Source of the DNA: Dehalococcoidia bacterium
Lineage (GTDB): Bacteria; Chloroflexota; Dehalococcoidia; UBA6926
NCBI GenBank assembly: GCA_963666115.2
Contig: CAXXET010000006.1
Location: 384,001 to 448,000, forward strand
Direction of reading: 5' to 3'
DNA length: 64,000 nt
Under the pieces are notes generated by a model. The model did not search any database, was not told where the DNA came from, and saw only the letters and a program-made list of their open reading frames with translations. Shown piece after piece: positions 60,335 through 64,000 of the stretch (its first letter is position 1; the number at the start of each line of letters is the position of its first letter). The position numbers were made by a program, and so were the translations under genes.

Positions 60335-60937
60335 ATGAAGACGATTGGCCAAATTCTCATTATGTACTGGCTGTGCCTCCGGATGATCTGGCTGCGGATC
60401 CGGATGGTCAACCTGTACATCACGATGTACGTGAGGCTGTACCTGCTCTACATCGAGCGCGCCTTCCTGGTCACGCAGTTGTACGGCTTCAGGGCGGCCG
60501 TCGCGGTCTCGGGGCGGCGGCGCGTGCAAGGGCACAGTATGCAGCCCACTCTCCGGGAAGGCGACTTTGTCATCGCCCAGCGCCTGAAACCAAAAGCGCC
60601 GGTTAGTCGGGGCGACATCCTGATCTTCTCCACGCCGAATGAGGACAGCAGCTCATTGAAGCGGGTGTGCGGGTTGCCGGGCGAGACCGTCTCGCTGAGT
60701 CGCGAGGGCCTCATCGTCGATGGCGAGACCATACCCGAGCCGTACCTCAATCACAGGTTCAACCCCCAAGGCCCCCATGATTCCTTCTCATGGACGCTGG
60801 GGCCGGACGAGTTGATTCTGCTCGGGGACAACCGCTTCGACAGCCTGGACAGCCGCTCATACGGCCCGGTGCCGCGGTCTGCCGTGGTGAGGCGCGTTGT
60901 CATGGACCGGGAGGGAGCCATCACGCGCTTGCCCTGA
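60335..60937 (+). CDS. S26-family peptidase, probable NiSOD maturation protease SodX
   Basis: GHSMQPTL (Ser), LKRV (Lys), GDNR..S.DSR.YG; divergent from sodN. Confidence 0.8.
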   Translation: MKTIGQILIMYWLCLRMIWLRIRMVNLYITMYVRLYLLYIERAFLVTQLYGFRAAVAVSGRRRVQGHSMQPTLREGDFVIAQRLKPKAPVSRGDILIFSTPNEDSSSLKRVCGLPGETVSLSREGLIVDGETIPEPYLNHRFNPQGPHDSFSWTLGPDELILLGDNRFDSLDSRSYGPVPRSAVVRRVVMDREGAITRLP

Positions 60938-61013
60938 CATGAGCGGGATTAGGCTATACGATGGGTGTGCAACGCCCGCCGCATAGACGAGGGGAAGAGG
61001 GAGAGATCACGAC

Positions 61014-61478
61014 ATGACGACGCCGGAGATTGGACAACAGCTGCCGGACCTAACCTTTACGTCCGGATTTCGAGAAACGATCAGCACGGCGGATCTGAAG
61101 GGCGAGGAGAACCTTGTCATCGCGTTCTATGCCGCCGCGTTCACAGGCGGTTGAGAGCGGGAGCTGCGGGAGTTCGAGCGTCTGCACGACGAATTCCGAA
61201 AGCTAAACACCCAGGTCTGGGGTTCAAGCGTTGATCTGATTCCGAGCCAGGCCGCGTTCGCGCAGCATTGCGGTTTGAGTTACCGCCTCGTCAGCGGCTA
61301 CCCGAACCACGAGGCGGCCAAGACGCTCGGCGCGTGGAACGACGAGCGGAGCATGATGAGCCGCGTCACCTACGTCATCGACAAGGAGGGCGTCCTGCGC
61401 CACGTCATCGATGATCCCGGCGACATGGAGCGACACGCGAACGAGGCGCTGGAGGTTATCAAGGGCCTGAGTTCCTGA
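61014..61478 (+). CDS. Peroxiredoxin (AhpC/BCP family); Sec-containing (UGA codon 47 at 61152)
   Basis: MTTPEIGQQLPD..VIAFYAAAFTGG-U-ERELREF..SVD..RVTYVIDKEG in a single frame. Confidence 0.92.
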
Positions 61479-61487
61479 CCGTCATCC

Positions 61488-62999
61488 TCAGCCGCCGCGC
61501 TGCGGCCTCGCGCGCGGCGGCGGGTCCTTGCCCCGCAGGATGGACACGACAATCGCCGCCACCAGGGTCACAAGCATGATGGTCAGCACATCCTGGAATC
61601 CCTTTTCGACGGAGAGGCTGAGGGCCTCTCCTGCTTCAACGCCAAGTCCCAGCAATCGCGACTCCTCGTTGCTCTGTATTACCGCATAAAGGGTTCCGGC
61701 AACGGCTATGCCCGTCGCCGTGCTGATCTGCCGTACCGTCCCGAGCATGGCTGATGCAGTGCCGAGATGGGAGGGCGGCACCGAACCCATGATGGCGCTG
61801 TTGTTGCCCGGGCCGAATATCGAACTGCCCGCCCCCTCGGCCAGCAGCAGGGTAATCAGGATCGCGATGGGTGTATCGACGCCGATACTCCGGAGCCCAA
61901 AGTACGCGCCTGTCATGACGAGCAGACCGAAAGTCGAGACCGTCCGCGACGACATCTTGTCCGCTGCCCAGCCGGCAGCCGGCGCGACGACAAGCCGCAC
62001 AATGGGCAGCGTGACCAGGATTAATCCCGCTTCTGTCGCCGAGATTCCGCGCCCGGTAATCAGGAAGAACGGCAGCAGGATGATGATTGCGCCCTGGCTC
62101 AGGAATTGCAGCGCGTTTACGCTGTTTGCCATGGAGAACATGCGATTGCGGAACAGGCTCAACTCCAGGACGGGCAGGTGGTCTCTCATGACGCGGATGC
62201 CCCTCATGTGTATCTCTACTATCGGTAGCCATTGGCGGGATTCCACGAAGAGAAACACGAGGAAAGACAAGAGCGCAGCCGCGCCCAGCCCAATGATGAG
62301 CGGCTCCGTCCATCCGAGAATCGGGCCGCGATTGAGGCCCAACAGGAACGCCGAGACGAAGCCGAAGAGCGCCAGCGCGCCAAGGACATCGACACGCGCA
62401 TGCCGGCCCTCCTGCCGGTCGCTCCGCAGGAAGATCAACCCCATGACGAAAAACACTGCCATGAACGGCGCGCGGGTGTAGAACAGCGATTGCCATCCCC
62501 AAAGGTCGAGCAGAAAGCCGCCCAATGGCGCCCCGCTGGCGAGGCCGACGCCGACAAAGGCGTTCTCCATGCCGAGAGCCCGGGCGCGTTCCGTGTCCGG
62601 GAATGCGTCTACGACAAGGGCGTTTCCGTTGGCGAGGATCATCGCCTGTCCTATGCCCTGCACGACGCGGCCAAACAACAGCATCGGCAGAGTCGTGCTC
62701 AGAGGAGTGATGATCAGCCCAACCCCGAACACGAGGAACCCGGCCAGGAAGACCTGCTTGCGGCCGATGGCATCACCGAGACTGCCGAGTGTCAGCATCA
62801 GCCCGATGCTGGCAAGCAGATACGCGACGCTCACCCACAGGATGACGCTCGCATCTACACCGAACACTTTCTCAAGCTCCGGCAGCGCGATATTCGTGAT
62901 GGAGCCGTCGACCGTGCTGGTCAGAATGCCAAGCCCAACGGTCACAAGCACCAGCCACTTGTACCGAGGACCTGAGCGGATTCTTTGGCCGAGAGTCAT
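61488..62999 (-). CDS. MFS transporter, DHA2-like
   Basis: D.SITNIALP, GSLGDAIGRK, about 14 TM helices. Confidence 0.92.
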   Translation of the reverse strand: MTLGQRIRSGPRYKWLVLVTVGLGILTSTVDGSITNIALPELEKVFGVDASVILWVSVAYLLASIGLMLTLGSLGDAIGRKQVFLAGFLVFGVGLIITPLSTTLPMLLFGRVVQGIGQAMILANGNALVVDAFPDTERARALGMENAFVGVGLASGAPLGGFLLDLWGWQSLFYTRAPFMAVFFVMGLIFLRSDRQEGRHARVDVLGALALFGFVSAFLLGLNRGPILGWTEPLIIGLGAAALLSFLVFLFVESRQWLPIVEIHMRGIRVMRDHLPVLELSLFRNRMFSMANSVNALQFLSQGAIIILLPFFLITGRGISATEAGLILVTLPIVRLVVAPAAGWAADKMSSRTVSTFGLLVMTGAYFGLRSIGVDTPIAILITLLLAEGAGSSIFGPGNNSAIMGSVPPSHLGTASAMLGTVRQISTATGIAVAGTLYAVIQSNEESRLLGLGVEAGEALSLSVEKGFQDVLTIMLVTLVAAIVVSILRGKDPPPRARPQRGG

Positions 63000-63000
63000 T

Positions 63001-63744
63001 TCAAGAATCTACACCCGAACGGCGGTTCCATGCCTGGCTGAAACCCTCGGCCAAAGCGCGCGCGACATCTCCAAAATCCGGGGTGACGTCCAGCGCTCTC
63101 GCCAGTGTGCCCGCGCGGTCATTCAGATCACGGCGGAGTCGCTCTCGACGCCCCGGGTCAAGGCGCAGAAGGTCGGCCAGTCCCGAACCCGTCTCTGCAA
63201 GCGGTATTGTCCCGTGCTGGAGAACGACGCCTGCCGTGCGGCGCTGCGCGCCGGCCACCATCTTGCGTCCGGCCCAGTACACCTCGTGCCGCCCTGGTGA
63301 TTCGAAGCACCCGAAATCCACGCCTGTTTCAGGCCAGACGGGCGCGGGATCACGCACGGCGGCGCGAATGCCCAACAGTCCCAGTCCGGCAACGAGCGCC
63401 TCGTTGACTGCGGCATAACTCGCCAGGACATCATGAGAGAACGGCGGTTGATCGACGGGAGCGATCACGCTGTACGTCACGTCGCCTACGGAGTGCAGAA
63501 TGGCCTTGCCTCCGGTCGGGCGTCGCACGACCTCGATTCCCGAACGCTCACAGCTCTGAACGTCAAGCAGCGGCTCAGTCTTTTGATGCCGGCCCAACGA
63601 CACTGCGGGGCAGGGCCATGAATAGACACGAATGACCGGCGCGAACCTGCCCCGGGCCACCTGCGCGGCAAGCTCCTCATCCAGCGCCATGTTTTCCTGG
63701 CCGGTTCGTCTCGAATCCAAAACCGGCCGCCATTCGTCGCTCAT
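63001..63744 (-). CDS. Lipoate-protein ligase/octanoyltransferase (LipM-like)
   Basis: NMALDE, RRPTGGKAILH, CF, GRK..GAQRR, LQHGT. Confidence 0.88.
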   Translation of the reverse strand: MSDEWRPVLDSRRTGQENMALDEELAAQVARGRFAPVIRVYSWPCPAVSLGRHQKTEPLLDVQSCERSGIEVVRRPTGGKAILHSVGDVTYSVIAPVDQPPFSHDVLASYAAVNEALVAGLGLLGIRAAVRDPAPVWPETGVDFGCFESPGRHEVYWAGRKMVAGAQRRTAGVVLQHGTIPLAETGSGLADLLRLDPGRRERLRRDLNDRAGTLARALDVTPDFGDVARALAEGFSQAWNRRSGVDS

Positions 63745-63850
63745 GTCAAACACGATACCGCCAAACAGGGGAAATCGAATGCGCCGCGCCGCCAATGCGG
63801 TGTATACTTGCCGTATCACCGTGCGCTCAGGCGCAACGTCAGGGGACTTG

Positions 63851-64000
63851 ATGCTCCAGGAGCCCGTCGAGGGAAGTCAGCAGGAATCGCAACGGCCGGA
63901 AGATAGCGAGATGGCTCGCCTGTTGGAGGCCGAGGGACAGAATATGCCCGTTCTCCGCCGCGGTGAAGCGGTGGAGGGGATTATCGTTCACGTTGATGAT
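63851..64000 (+). CDS. rpsA: 30S ribosomal protein S1, N-terminus (partial)
   Basis: MARLLE..LRRGEAVEGIIVHVDD, typical of a first S1 domain. Confidence 0.7.
   Translation, partial: MLQEPVEGSQQESQRPEDSEMARLLEAEGQNMPVLRRGEAVEGIIVHVDD

Overview
High-GC bacterial chromosome segment. Gene content suggests Chloroflexota/Dehalococcoidia, possibly a SAR202-like host-associated lineage (inference only). Core content: PhoB/PhoR-like pair, pyruvate dehydrogenase operon, prfB with its programmed +1 frameshift, nfi, tRNA-Pro(GGG), ftsH, larB, ilvBNC-leuACDB-cimA, aroF-tRNA-Tyr-tyrS-pheA, NiSOD (sodN/sodX), a lipoate ligase and the start of rpsA. Small defence/TA cassettes bordered by palindromic repeats are interspersed, plus an IS5 element. 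The organism appears to use selenocysteine: selD and a peroxiredoxin both have in-frame UGA at catalytic positions that the ORF track misses. Best novelty candidates: (1) a thiolase-fold protein whose apparent UGA stop sits at the C-terminal catalytic CxG position, is followed by a SECIS-like hairpin and reads on into a normal thiolase C-terminus; (2) a ThsB-like TIR gene translationally coupled to a 3-TM putative pore effector, behind an aspartyl protease; (3) a B3/4 editing domain fused to TyrRS; (4) an internally deleted T-box upstream of ilvB; (5) an IS5 inserted exactly in the loop of a palindromic repeat. Many short homopolymer insertions (prfB, nfi, one thiolase, leu/ilv genes) look like long-read consensus errors. 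All family assignments come from motif recognition by eye, not database searches.
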